A DNA stretch of 64,000 nucleotides. Origin: Candidatus Marinacidobacterales bacterium. Its GTDB lineage: Bacteria; Acidobacteriota; Vicinamibacteria; Marinacidobacterales; SMYC01. Shown piece by piece: positions 20,007-31,380 of the stretch. The stretch lies in contig OZ250169.1 in NCBI GenBank assembly GCA_965237955.1, positions 7,584,001-7,648,000 of the forward strand, written 5' to 3'. Made by a program: the position numbers and the translations under genes. The number at the start of each line of letters is the position of its first letter. Position 1 is the first letter of the stretch. A model generated the notes under the pieces. It did not search any database, was not told the origin of the DNA, and was given only the letters and a program-made list of their open reading frames with translations.

Positions 20007-21364
20007 ATGTCGAAGTCGAAAACGTTGTTGCTGGCGTCGTCATCGCTCGCAATGTTGTGCGGGTGTGTTTACAACGCGCCGGTACGTTCGCCGAACATCG
20101 TTCTCATCACGATCGACACCCTCCGCGCCGATCGCTTGGGCGCGTACCGGTATTTTCGTGATACCTCGCCGGTCCTCGATGCGTTGGCCGAAGAATCCAT
20201 CGTCTTCGAGCGCTGTATCGCACCGATGGCGACAACGTATCCATCCCATCTTTCCCTTTTGACGAGCACTTATCCGCACGAGACCGGAGCCGTCGCCAAC
20301 ACCGGTGCCGGTGGCGCGCCCTTCGTACCCACGCCGTATCTGCGATCGCTAGCCCAATTGCTGAGCGAGAGCGGTTATCAAACCGCCGCGTTCGTGAGCG
20401 CGGCGCCGCTCAAGAGTTTCAGCGGCATCGACGCGGGTTTCGACGTCTTCGATGAGCCAGAACCCCGGACGCGCCCCGCGGAAGAGACGAATGCCCGCGT
20501 GTTCGAGTGGCTCGAAGCTAGAGGCGAAGCGCCCTCTTTCTTGTGGGTGCACTATTTCGAGCCGCATAGCCCGTACCAGCCGCCTGAACCCCTCGACAAG
20601 AAATTCCGCCCGGACGATGAGCTTCGAAGTTATCTCACCGAGAGAGATTTCAACCGGTCTACCGAGCCGGAATGTTACCGGTTCACGTGAACAGTCGCTA
20701 CGACGGCGAGGTCCGCCAAGCGGATCAGCAGGTCGGTCTCCTGCTCGATGCCCTGCGATCCGAACCCAAGATCTGGAACCACACGATCGTCATCGTGCTC
20801 GGCGACCACGGCGAGGGGCTCGGTCAGCACGGGGAGAAGGAGCACGGCGGGGTTTGGGATGAACACTTGCACGTCCCGTTGATGATCCGGGTTCCCGGCG
20901 TCGAAGCGGTGCGGGTCGGCGATTTGATATCGATAGCCGACATCGTCCCGACGCTCATGGGTCTCGTCGAGCTCCCTAACGAGGACGTGTTCCTACGCCA
21001 GGCATCAGGCACCGACCGGTTGGCGGAACACGCGGAGCGGCCGCTCGTCTTCAGTCAGGAATCGAGCGCACCGTGGAGAACACGGCGGGGCGAGCGCAAG
21101 CCCAGCTATGCGCTGACGGGAAACGATTGGAAGCTCATCCACAATCCCGATCGAAAGGACCTCCTGTTCCGGCTCTCCGAAGATCCTTTCGAGCTCGAAG
21201 ACGTCAGCGCCGAACACTCGGACGTGACCGTTCGACTCCGCAAGATCCTCCTGGCCCGGATCGAGCAACACAAGGCGCGACGGACCGCGCTAGGAGCGAC
21301 CTCCGAACAGGAAGTCGACCCGGCGATTGTCGAGCAGCTACGCGCGCTCGGCTACGTTCAATAA
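20007..21364 (+). CDS. sulfatase-like lipoprotein; frameshift near 20670
   Basis: MLCGC, NIVLITIDTLRAD, TTYPSHLSLLTS, HYFEPH; second frame GDHGEGLG, HVPLMI, LRALGYVQ. Confidence 0.75.
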
Positions 21365-21898
21365 GCCTACGGGCCCGAACCGCGCCTGAGAATTCCCAAA
21401 TGGCGGTGGCGGCGATGACGGCAGCACATGAAATCGTCCCGTCAGCCCGTCGACAAGAACACGGAACGCGGATGCGTCGTCTCGCGTGCACCGCACAACC
21501 CAGAACGGTTTGTGAACCAATGCCCTATCGAGCACTTCGACCTCGGGAGCAATGAGCGCTCTTCGGCGCCGTCGCATGACGTAGCTTGTGTACCGCTCGG
21601 CGATGCGGCGCGCCTCTGCCTCGTCGATGCCCGCTGCGACAATGTCACGCGCATCGGGTTCGACGGTTTGAAGCTCGAACGCATCCGCAGTGGCACCAAG
21701 CCTTGTGCGCGCATCGACGAGACACGACGCCCGAAGGCCGCTCCGCCCAAGAAACGTTCTGGCGGTGTAGCGGAAATGAAACCAAAAGTACGGGTAGTAG
21801 AGCCTCCGCTCAGCCCGCGCCGTCCACCCCGGCGAGCTCGATTGAACGACACGCTCCGCTGCCCCGCCGCTCACGTCGCCCGCGATCGCGCGAATCAC
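21338..21898 (-). CDS. hypothetical protein
   Basis: 186-aa ORF coupled to the symporter stop; YYPYFWF and HKPFWVV motifs. Confidence 0.6.
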   Translation of the reverse strand: MIRAIAGDVSGGAAERVVQSSSPGWTARAERRLYYPYFWFHFRYTARTFLGRSGLRASCLVDARTRLGATADAFELQTVEPDARDIVAAGIDEAEARRIAERYTSYVMRRRRRALIAPEVEVLDRALVHKPFWVVRCTRDDASAFRVLVDGLTGRFHVLPSSPPPPFGNSQARFGPVGLLNVAERA

Positions 21899-23466
21899 TC
21901 GCGAGCCTCCTCTTCCAAAAGAGACCCGATTTGCTCGGCCTCGGGCCTCAGCGCGAAATCCGAAATCGCCAACATCTTTTCAGGGATAGGCCCCACTCGC
22001 ATCGTTTCATCCATGGCGGCCAGAATGTGCGGCTCGACCGGAGCGATGTTCTGTGTCGCAAGGCTCACCAATACGATGGTCACCGACGACGCGAGGATCC
22101 CGGCTGACATCGGCGCCAGGGTCGTCGGCTCGACGAGAGAGAGCACTTCCCACGAAACCGCGGTCGTGGCGCCCACGACCATCGAAGCGATGGCACCCGG
22201 CGTATTGGCCTTCCGCCACCAGACCGCGCAAAAAAACGCTGGCGCAAACGCGCTCCCCAACACCGACGTCGCGAAGATCACGACGAACACGACTGCCGGC
22301 GGCTCGGCGAGCGCGACGACATAGCCTATGGCGCCAATAGCGAGAACGAGACCGCGCGACACCCAGATCATTTGTCGCTCGGAAGCTTTCGGGTTGATGA
22401 AGCGCTCATAGAGATCGCGCGACGCGATCGAGCCTGTTTGCAATAGCAGCGAATCCGCGGTCGACATGATCGCGGCCATGATCGCGGCCATGACGATCCC
22501 GGTCACCGCGGCCGGCAGTAACGCATGCGCCACTTCGAAAATCGCCAGCTCGGGGTCACCTAGCTCGGGCAAGATCAAGATTGCAAGAATGCCGACGATG
22601 TAGGGAGCAGGAACGAACAGCAAATTCCACAGAGTCGTGTACGCTCCCGCGAGGCGGGCCGTCTCTGGGCGCTTCATCGCCATGTGGCGGGTGACGATGT
22701 GGGGCCAACCCATGTAGCCCGCGGAGAACACGAGGATCGCACCCGCCACCACGCCCCACTGCCCTTGAAACCCGAGGTCCCTTCCCCAAATCGACAAGAT
22801 CGTGGGATCGAGATCATGGAGCGCGAGATTGGCGGCAGTGAAGCCGCCGACATGGGCCAGCGCCGCGGCAAGAATCCAAACGACTCCTATTACCATGACC
22901 AGGCTCTGGAAGAAATCAGTGTAAGCCACGGCCAGGTAGCCGCCCAGAAACGTATAGATAATGATGATCGCGAGCGCGGCCAGGAGTGCCCACTCATAGT
23001 CGAGCCCGGTGACGAGGGCCATCCCTTTGCCGCCGGCGATGAATTGGGCGAGCACGTAAAACGCGAGCAAGAACACCGACAAGCTCGCGGCGATGAAGCG
23101 CGTGGCGGGCGACGGGTAGCGGTGCTCGAGGTATTCGATAGAGGTGAGCGAGCCCGTGATTTGCGAGAGCTTTCGCATCCGACGCCCGATGACGGAGAGG
23201 TTCAGCACGCCGCCACCGATGTCCCCGGCCACGAACCACAGCGACCAGTAGCCGGTGGTATAGGCAAGCGAGCCCGCGCCCAGAAACATGTAGCCGCTCA
23301 TCGAGGTGCTCTGGAGCGTCAGCGCGGTAACGAGAGGACCCACGTCCCTTCCGCCGAGGAGGTAGCCTTCGAGGTCCTTGCTCGCGCCCCGCCGCATCGC
23401 CCAGAACCCGATGCCGATAACGATGACGTAGTAGAGCACGAGAAAGAGAACGACCGTCTGGTTCAC
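21895..23466 (-). CDS. sodium:solute (proline-type) symporter
   Basis: YLLGGR, SMSGYMFLG, YTFLGGYLAVAYTDFFQ, GWPHI, AAIMSTADS; GTG start at 23466. Confidence 0.88.
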   Translation of the reverse strand: MNQTVVLFLVLYYVIVIGIGFWAMRRGASKDLEGYLLGGRDVGPLVTALTLQSTSMSGYMFLGAGSLAYTTGYWSLWFVAGDIGGGVLNLSVIGRRMRKLSQITGSLTSIEYLEHRYPSPATRFIAASLSVFLLAFYVLAQFIAGGKGMALVTGLDYEWALLAALAIIIIYTFLGGYLAVAYTDFFQSLVMVIGVVWILAAALAHVGGFTAANLALHDLDPTILSIWGRDLGFQGQWGVVAGAILVFSAGYMGWPHIVTRHMAMKRPETARLAGAYTTLWNLLFVPAPYIVGILAILILPELGDPELAIFEVAHALLPAAVTGIVMAAIMAAIMSTADSLLLQTGSIASRDLYERFINPKASERQMIWVSRGLVLAIGAIGYVVALAEPPAVVFVVIFATSVLGSAFAPAFFCAVWWRKANTPGAIASMVVGATTAVSWEVLSLVEPTTLAPMSAGILASSVTIVLVSLATQNIAPVEPHILAAMDETMRVGPIPEKMLAISDFALRPEAEQIGSLLEEEARE

Positions 23467-23585
23467 GATTCGTCTCCGTCGTTCTCCCAGTTCCGGGAAA
23501 GGAACAGGAAACAAACGGTATAGAGGATCCACAGCGCCGGGAATCCAAAGACCAGAAAAGTAGTGCTCGCCGGTAAACCGAACAT
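23463..23585 (-). CDS. small single-TM protein (40 aa), probable symporter accessory subunit
   Basis: AAGGAG RBS; MFGLPASTTFLVFGFPALWILYTVCFLFLSRNWENDGDES; GTGA overlap with the symporter start; absent from the ORF track. Confidence 0.7.
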   Translation of the reverse strand: MFGLPASTTFLVFGFPALWILYTVCFLFLSRNWENDGDES

Positions 23586-23686
23586 GAGACGCTCCTTAGA
23601 CCCGTTGAGAAAACAGGCGCGTCATTATACTCGAGAACTCGGCATCCTTGTCCGTCTTCATAAGATGGGGGGAAACCACGGGTGCC

Positions 23687-24500
23687 ATGAATCTCTGTCT
23701 TCGCGTCATATCCGGCGCCGATAAACCATTCGACTATCGTTGCAGCTCGGATGTCGTCATCGGACGCTCACAAACCGCGGACCTGTGCATTCCGAGGGAC
23801 CGGTTCCTGTCGAAACGCCACGCCCGCGTGTTCGAGGACACCGGTGCGTGGTACGTCGAGGACCTCGGGTCACGGAACACGACCCTTTTGAACGGACAAC
23901 CGGTGGACGAACGGATCCAGGTGTTCGAAGGCGACGTGATTCGACTCTCTGATTGCCACATGGAAGTCACCTTCGTACCGGTGCCACGATCGGATGACAA
24001 CACCGCGGTTTACCGTGCGGCGGCGACGGTTCTCGAGCAAACGGACTCGAAGGAACGCCTTCAAGAGACGCCGGGCGAGCCCAGCCTCAAGCGCTATGTC
24101 GAGAGGCTTGCGCTCTTGAACGAAATACATCGGGCTCTCGCGAATCAAATGTCGCGCGACGAGCTGTTCGGAACCAACCTTGGCCGCGACCATCGACAGC
24201 TTGAATGGAGCGCGGCTCGTCTACGAGCCTGGAGCTCGCGTCAAGTACTCGAACGCCGGCATCGCCATCGTCGGCTACGTGCTCGAGCGAATGGAGACAA
24301 CACCGTTCGCGGACTACGTCCGAGCCAACGTCATCGATCCCCTGGGTATGGAGCACTCTGATTTCGGAGTGAGCGCACGGGTTCGAGATGACGTCGCGAA
24401 AGGATTGATGTGGACCTACGATGGTCGCACGTTCGAGGCGCCCACGTTTCAGCTCGCGCGAACGCGGCCGCGCCACCCGAGCGCAAAGAACGCAGAGTAA
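23687..24500 (+). pseudogene. chimeric remnant: FHA-domain protein 5' part joined to an internal serine hydrolase (beta-lactamase-like) fragment
   Basis: IGRS..SKRHA..DLGSRNTT.LNG (FHA) up to ~24170; then YEPGARVKYSNAG..DPLGM in another frame. Confidence 0.7.
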
Positions 24501-24583
24501 ATCGCAGAGAAAAGCAAAAATAAGGACCAACGCGAACCGCGGTTTTTCTCCGCGAGTCCTCTGCGCTGCGTCTCTGCGGTGAG
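24481..24583. repeat. degenerate tandem-inverted repeat element (CGCAGAG units)
   Basis: cgcaaagaa-cgcagag..cgcagag on the left; ctccgcg..ctctgcg..ctctgcgg on the right. Confidence 0.6.
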
Positions 24584-24596
24584 CTCTTATTTTTTT

Positions 24597-25980
24597 GGGT
24601 CTACGCGGAAATCTGTGGGCGAATGCTGACGGAGAAATAGTGTAACTCATTGTGTGGAAAAGGTATTCAGCACTTCATCAGGTGCTGAGAAGTGATCCGT
24701 TTTTCGGATAGGCTAACCGAGTGAAAAATCCCCAGTCGATCCGCTCGCTTTTTGCGCTACCAGGTTTCGTGGCTGGCGCCCGATTGAACGGTGTATTCGG
24801 TGACCGATACGCCCGCGTCATCCAGCTCAAGAGGCGAAAAAAACAGCCGTGTGCTCGTACTGTGGGCATCGGTGCCGGGGGCGCTATGACAAGCAAGTGT
24901 GCCGGGTCCGCGACCTGTCGTTGGCAGGCTGGCGGATCTATCTGGAATACGAGCGTTGGCGCGTCAACTGTCGTGGGTGCGGTGGTGTGCATGTAGAACA
25001 CTTGGACTGGCTGGCGAACAACCCGCGCTACACCCAGCGCTTTGCGACGCATGTGGGCAAGCTGTGCCGGGATATGCCGAACAAGGCGGTGGCCGAGATG
25101 GAACGTCTGCACCACACTACGGTGAAGGACCTGGATAAGCTCTACATGCAAGAGCAAGTCGAGCGGGCGGGGCTGCCGGCGCCTCGGGCCATCGGTATCG
25201 ATGAGATCTCCATCCGCAAGGGACATAACTATCGTGTCATTGTCAGCGACCTGGAGCGGGCGCGTCCCATCTGGGTGGGCGGTGAGGGTCGCAAAGAAAC
25301 CGACATCGATTTGTTCTTCAAGGCGCTGGGCGGGAAGAAAAGCGCCCGTATCAAGCTGGCCGCCATGGATATGTGGAAGCCCTTCCGGAACTCGGTGATT
25401 AACAACGCACCCAATGCGCGGATCATCTTCGACAAGTTTCATATCATGCGTCACCTGTCAAAGGCTCTCGATGAGGTCCGGCGCCGTGAGTACAAACGCC
25501 TCAGCGGCGAGGACCGGTCGTATATCAAGGGGCAGCGTTACACGTTGCTTTCCCGGCGGGAGAACCTGAGCCTGGACGGTCGCCGCGCACTCAAGAAGTT
25601 GCTCCAGGCCAACCGGCGCCTGAACACCGCCTATGTTTTGAAGGAGGCCTTCGGGCAACTCTGGGATTACCGCACCGAACGCGGGGCTCGCGCCTTTTTC
25701 ACACGTTGGAAAGACAGCCTCAAATGGCAGCGCCTGCATCCCTACCAGAAGTTCGCCGGAATGATTGAGTCCCATTGGGATGGTATCGCCTCCTACTGTC
25801 ATCCTGAGAACAAAGTCAGTCTCGGACTGGTTGAAGGGGTCAACAACAAAATCCGTGTTCTGCAACGACGCGCCTACGGCTATCGTGACGAGGGATATCT
25901 CAAGCTGAAGATCGTGGCGGCATTCCTTCCGCCATTACCCAGAAATGCCGTTTTCAACCCACACGAACCCGCGTAGACCC
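24597..25980 (+). mobile_element. ISL3-family insertion sequence
   Basis: Terminal IRs GGGTCTACGCGG..TGTGGG / CCCACA..CCGCGTAGACCC; 8-bp target duplication ATTTTTTT (24589-24596, 25981-25988). Confidence 0.92.
24721..25976 (+). CDS. ISL3 transposase, -1 frameshift at A7 (24837-24843)
   Basis: CSYCG..CRGC zinc finger, GIDEIS, MDMW, FDKFHI, EGVNNKIR..RRAYGYR. Confidence 0.88.
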
Positions 25981-25987
25981 ATTTTTT

Positions 25988-26203
25988 TTAGGTTTTGGCG
26001 CGGGTGCTAGTTGCGTGGGCGAGGACTACGGCTCCGACCATGAGCGTGGCGAAGGTCGAAAGCACCTCCACTGCATCGCTCGCGTCTTGCCAGAGCACGA
26101 GACCGTCACGGGCCATCGCGATGGCGATTCCGGTCATGAGGAGATAGATCGTCGCAACCGCAAGGATCAGCACGCAGCCACCAATCACATCTTTTTCTTT
26201 CAC
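25988..26203 (-). CDS. small two-TM hypothetical protein
   Basis: 71-aa ORF, two hydrophobic segments, GAAGG upstream. Confidence 0.4.
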   Translation of the reverse strand: MKEKDVIGGCVLILAVATIYLLMTGIAIAMARDGLVLWQDASDAVEVLSTFATLMVGAVVLAHATSTRAKT

Positions 26204-26354
26204 GTGTCACCTTCGCAGCGTACACGGGTCCCGGCCGAGCTTTTTGGGCCCGGTTAATAGGGAGGGTCCTGAACTTGGATGGACGCCAATGGGTTGTAAG
26301 TCGTTACTTCCATCGTCGCAAGCGAAGATAGATCTGTCAATCCTTGATTGAGGC

Positions 26355-26389
26355 GCCATCGGCCATCAGCCATTGGCCATCGGCTTTCG
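26355..26389. repeat. 7-bp tandem repeat (GCCATCR)
   Basis: gccatcg gccatca gccattg gccatcg, just downstream of the MFS stop. Confidence 0.65.
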
Positions 26390-26403
26390 CCTCGCGGTTG
26401 CAG

Positions 26404-27623
26404 CTAAGCTGCGCGGGCAGGGATGCGTTCGGGGGGCAATAACACTGCGGCAACGAACGCGGCGACGGCGATGACGGCGAGGAGAACGTAGACGATGGAC
26501 ATCTCGCCGGTGCGGCGGGTGACGAACGCCACCAGTGCGACCGCGAGCGGCGCCGCGCCGAAGCTCAGCACGAATTTCAATCCGAACGCGAGACCGTGAC
26601 GATGCGCGGGTGTGTGGTGGGCGAGAAGAAGACTCTCCGCCGGTAGCGCGCTCGTGTTCGCCATCACCATCATCGTGGCGATGAGCACGAGCGGCAGACC
26701 GCTCAGCGTCGACACGAGCCAAAGAGTCGGAACCTGGATGAAGATCGCCCCGACGTAGACCCACTTGAGGGAAAACCGGTCGGCCAAGTGTCCACCGAGC
26801 ACCTGCATCAAGCCCGCGACGCCATAGACGATGGCGACGAGAACGCCGACGCCGAACGCTCCGTCGGCAACGAGACCGTCTTGCCGTTGCTCCAAGAACT
26901 TCGGAAGCGACACCTGCGTGGTGTGAAAGATGAGGCCGGCGAGGAACATCGTGACCAGCAGAATGGGAAAAACGCGCTTCGAGCCTGCGGTCTCCGTGTT
27001 CGAGGTTCCGTCCGTGGTTACTGCGCTGTCCTCGATGAGACCGTTCATCCGAAAAAACAAGAGTGCCACGCCGGTGAGTGCGCACACGATCCCGGGTACG
27101 ATGAACGCCGCGCGCCAGCTCGCGACATCGATGAGAGACCCGGCGACGAGCCCGGCAAGAGCCGAGCCAAGCGCACCAAAAACACCGTTGATCCCGAGCG
27201 CCTTGCCCCGCGCGACGTTCGTGTTCCGGACGAGCCACGGTATGCCGACCGGATGATAGATCGCGGCAAACAATCCGATGCCCGGGAGCCCCGCCATCAA
27301 AAACCGCGGCGAGGATGACAGTCCCGCTGCAATCGACGCCCCCCCATGCCGACGAAGAAAAGAATCATCATGATGCTCGCCCCGATGCGATCGCTCAAAA
27401 GACCGGCTGGCAATGCAGCCACTCCGACAAGGAACGAGCCCAGCGTCCAGAGCTCGATGAGCTCGTGATACGGGAGCTTCCATTGCTCCTCGAGACTAAG
27501 GACGATGACGAAGTAGAACGCTGTACACAGGTGGATGTAGAGGTGCCCTAGGGAGGAGAACACGACGGCGATGCGCGATTCGAGCTTCGCGGGTGGGCTC
27601 CCGCCGTTTTGCTGTACCCTCAC
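26404..27623 (-). CDS. MFS transporter; frameshift near 27340
   Basis: GLLSDRIG, AAIYHPVG, RGKALGING, GGHLADRF; the N-terminus lies in ORF 27297..27788; start uncertain. Confidence 0.75.
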
Positions 27624-27738
27624 CCCAGGCGCTTTCTCAAACGGCCCGCGCGCGGGAGAGGGAGGGTCGGAGCGTCGCGCGCGCGCCGGTCTTTCATGAT
27701 CGCATAGTATAATCCGCGCGCGTCCAAGGCCTCGATAT

Positions 27739-28422
27739 ATGAAAAATCTTTGTTCTCGATTCCTTCCCATCGTTTGCCTCGTCACCATGCTGGCGGCGCT
27801 CTACGCCATCTTCATCTACGCACCCACCGAGCGAACCATGGGTAACGTCCAGCGGATTTTCTACTTCCACATCTCCGCCTGGTGGGTCGCCGGCATCGCT
27901 CTTTTCGTCGTGTTCGTCGCGAGCGTGGCTTACCTTTGGAAACGCGAGCGTCGTTTCGATGCCGTCGCCCTCGCGTCGACCGAGATCGCCGTCTTGTTCA
28001 TGACCGTCGGGATCGTCACCGGTCCGATTTGGGCCAAGCCGGTTTGGGGAGTCTATTGGACGTGGGACCCGAGGCTCACCTCGGCTCTCGTGTGTTGGTT
28101 GATGTACGTCGCAATCCTGATGCTGCGACGCTACATCCCCGAGGAATCGAAGCGCTCGAACCTGTCCGCGGTCGCGGGCATCATGGCGTTCGTCAACGTG
28201 CCGTTCGTGTTCATGACCATCCGGCTGTTCCGCACCCAGCACCCGCAGCCCGTCATCGGCGGCGGCGACGAATCCGGGCTCGCGCCGGCCATGACCGACG
28301 CATTCCTCGTCACCCTCGTCGCGTTCACGTTCCTCTACCTGTGGTTGATGCAGAAACGACTCGCCGTCGAGGCGACCGAACAGCAAGTCGAAAAACTACA
28401 CAAGGAGCTCGAGCTCACGTGA
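27739..28422 (+). CDS. ccmC: heme exporter CcmC
   Basis: RIFYFH, TGPIWAKPVWGVYWTWDPRLT, RTQHP. Confidence 0.93.
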   Translation: MKNLCSRFLPIVCLVTMLAALYAIFIYAPTERTMGNVQRIFYFHISAWWVAGIALFVVFVASVAYLWKRERRFDAVALASTEIAVLFMTVGIVTGPIWAKPVWGVYWTWDPRLTSALVCWLMYVAILMLRRYIPEESKRSNLSAVAGIMAFVNVPFVFMTIRLFRTQHPQPVIGGGDESGLAPAMTDAFLVTLVAFTFLYLWLMQKRLAVEATEQQVEKLHKELELT

Positions 28423-28553
28423 GCTATCTGTTCGCTGCCTACGCAGTCACCTGGATCCTCCTGTTCTTCTACCTCTTGGGAATTTCTGCGAAACAGAAGA
28501 AGCTCGACGCGGAGATCGCGACGCTCAAAAAACTCATCGAGCAGAAAAAGTAA
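28419..28553 (+). CDS. ccmD: CcmD family small membrane protein
   Basis: MSYLFAAYAVTWILLFFYLLGISAKQKKL..; GTGA overlap with ccmC. Confidence 0.8.
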   Translation: MSYLFAAYAVTWILLFFYLLGISAKQKKLDAEIATLKKLIEQKK

Positions 28554-28568
28554 GCACTAAGCACTAAG
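28551..28568 (+). repeat. 7-bp tandem repeat TAAGCAC starting at the ccmD stop
   Basis: taagcac taagcac taag. Confidence 0.6.
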
Positions 28569-30191
28569 TGTTGAGCCGCTCCGTTCGTTACGCAACCCAA
28601 GTCGTCCTCGCTCTGGTCTCCGTGCTGGTAGTGGCCCATACCGCACGACACGTCGCGGCGCTGACGAATCCCGTGCTCGAATTCGACGTCGGCCCAAACA
28701 CCGGCTCCTACCTCGAAGGGTTTACCGAAAGCGAAGAGCGCGTGCCGGTGACGTTTCGGTGGACGCGCGAGCGGGCGAGCGTCGCGCTACCGCTTGCGGG
28801 AACGGGTCCCAATGCGGTTCTGCAACTCCGCTTCGCTCGCTTTCTCGACGGCAATGCGACGGTGCGTCTGTTTGTCGACGGCGACCCCCAGGGTGTGTTC
28901 TCGGCTCGCTCGGGCCGCTTTCGAACTCTCGAGCTTCCGTTGAAGCTTCGCGTAGAGCCACCGAAGATCACGCTTCTCGTCGAGGATCCCGACGCCGAGC
29001 GTCTCGGAATCGCCATCGACTGGCTACGTATCGAGAACGCGCGATGGCGAGTTCCCGCGACGACGCTTCGTCCGACGGTGCTCCTCATCGGGGTCTTCCT
29101 GCTCACGCTCGCGCTCGGCTTTTCACTGCCTCGAGCCGTCGGCCTCGGCGCGATCGTAGCCGTGCTCCAAGCTGGTTGGTTTGCCCACGACCCTTTTGCA
29201 ATGGTGCATGCGCACGAGCAACTCTCTGCCATCGGGCTCTCGAGCGCCGCGCTCGTTGCCCTGGTTTCGGTCACGACCCGGCGGGCACGCGTTCTCCCCC
29301 TTCTCTTCCTATTGGGTTACTTCCTGAAAGGGGCTGCGCTGTTCCACCCTAGTTACTGGTACCCAGACGTGCGTCTCCATCGACGCTATGTCGAGATACT
29401 CGATACCGCGCAAGGGAGCATCGTCGAGCGAGGTATCGAAGCGCAAAAGGGCACCGGCACCGCCTATCCTCGTCGCCTGGTTGGACGAAACTACGCTTTG
29501 CCCTATTCACCGCTCTTCTACGTTCCGTTCACGTTCCTCGATCGCGACCCGACGCGGGCTCGAATCGAGCATGAAGCACGTGGGCCTGTTACTCGCGTCC
29601 GCCGAAGTGCTCCTCGTGTATGCCCTCGCGAGCTATCTCTTCGGGGCTCGTGTCGCTCTCATCGCGAGCGTCCTTGCGCTGTTCCTGCCGCCGCTCACGA
29701 GCCGGCTTCTGTACACGCAGTGGCCGACGCTCACGGGCCATCTCCTCGACGTGATGTCGATCGGCTTCGCCGCGAGCCTCGTGAAGCACCCGAACAAGAG
29801 GCCGCGGCTTTTTCGCTACGGCGCCGGCGTGCTCGCTTCGTTTCTGAGCTACATCTCGAGCCTCTTCAACATGACTCTTTTCACCGGTTGTCTCGCTCTC
29901 GTCGAGCGTCGCCGCGCTCTTTCACTCATTTTCGTCGCAGGCAGCGCCGGGTTGTTGACGATCTCGTTGCTTTATCTGCCGTTCGCCCGGGCATTCATGA
30001 CCGAGATCGTCCCCGCGATGATCGCGGGCGCCCCATCTACGCGCTCTGACGCTATCGGTTTTTTGGCAGCACTCGGACGGATCCATCTCTTCTACGGTTT
30101 CGGATTTCCGGTGTTCGCGCTCGGCGGCTTCGTGCTCGCGCGGCGCGACCCCGCGACGTTCCGTACGCTCGCGGCGTACGGTGCCACGTTC

Positions 30192-31380
30192 CTAGTCCCA
30201 TGGAACAGAAAAAGCTAGACAACACCGGCCCTTCTGTGATCTGCTAAATGCATGAAACACAAGGGCCGGCGAAAAGCCGAATTGAAGCTGTCGTCTCAAG
30301 AAAGCGAAGCGCTGACGCGACTGGCGCGACGCAGCCGTAGTTCGCCGCACCAAGCCTTCCGAGCGAAGATCGTGCTGGATTGCGCGGCGGGTCTGACGAA
30401 TATGGAAGTTGCTAGGAAGATGCACACCATGAGGAGCACGGTGGGCAAGTGGCGAAGACGCTTTGTAGAACAACGAATGGAAGGGTTGTACGACGAACCT
30501 CGGCCGGGAGCGGCTCGCAAAATCGGCGATGACCAGATCGAGGAAGTCGTGACCAAGACGCTGGAGACGACTCCAAAGGGGAGAACCCATTGGAGTACGC
30601 GCTCGATGGCCAAGCATCTTGGGCTGAGTCATTCGACGATTGGACGTATTTGGCGAACGTTCGGGCTTCAACCGCACCGCTCGGAATCGTTTCGTCTCTC
30701 GCAAGACCCACAACTGGTCGAAAAAGTACGCGACGTTGTTGGCCTGTATATGAACCCACCGGATAACGCGGTCGTCCTGTGCGTCGACGAGAAATCGCAG
30801 ATTCAAGCGCTCGAGCGTGCTCAACCTGTCCTGCCCATGAGCTTGGGCCAGCCCGAGCGACAAACCCACGACTACATTCGGCATGGAACGACTGACCTGT
30901 TTGCCGCACTCGACGCCGCAACAGGTGAAGTCTTCGGAAAGTGCTACGCGCGACATCGAGCGCTAGAGTTCAAGAAGTTCCTCGCTGAGATCGAAGCAGC
31001 CGTTCCCAGCGAGTTGGACATCCACGTCGTGCTCGACAATCTCGCCACGCACAAGACACCGGCGATCAAACGCTGGCTTTCCAAGCGACCTCGCTTCCAC
31101 TTTCACTTCACACCGACACACGCCTCTTGGCTCAACTTCGCTGAGCGCTTCTTTGGCTTGCTCACCGAACACGCCTTGCGACGAGGCTCGCACACGAGCG
31201 TGCCTCAGCTCCGCGTTGCGATACAAGACTATCTCGATGCTCACAACGAGAACCCAAAGCCGTTCAAGTGGACGAAATCCGCCGACCAAATCCTCGAAAC
31301 CATCGCTCGGTTCGCCCAGCGAACGCTCGATACACATGACAAATCGAATTTGGACAGTAATTAAAGATCCAGGGGACTAG
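30192..31380 (+). mobile_element. IS630-family element, copy 1
   Basis: CTAG-flanked ends CTAGTCCCATGG.. / ..CCAGGGGACTAG; near-identical copy at 40935. Confidence 0.92.
30252..31364 (+). CDS. IS630 transposase
   Basis: [41 protein letters not shown]. Confidence 0.95.
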   Translation: MKHKGRRKAELKLSSQESEALTRLARRSRSSPHQAFRAKIVLDCAAGLTNMEVARKMHTMRSTVGKWRRRFVEQRMEGLYDEPRPGAARKIGDDQIEEVVTKTLETTPKGRTHWSTRSMAKHLGLSHSTIGRIWRTFGLQPHRSESFRLSQDPQLVEKVRDVVGLYMNPPDNAVVLCVDEKSQIQALERAQPVLPMSLGQPERQTHDYIRHGTTDLFAALDAATGEVFGKCYARHRALEFKKFLAEIEAAVPSELDIHVVLDNLATHKTPAIKRWLSKRPRFHFHFTPTHASWLNFAERFFGLLTEHALRRGSHTSVPQLRVAIQDYLDAHNENPKPFKWTKSADQILETIARFAQRTLDTHDKSNLDSN

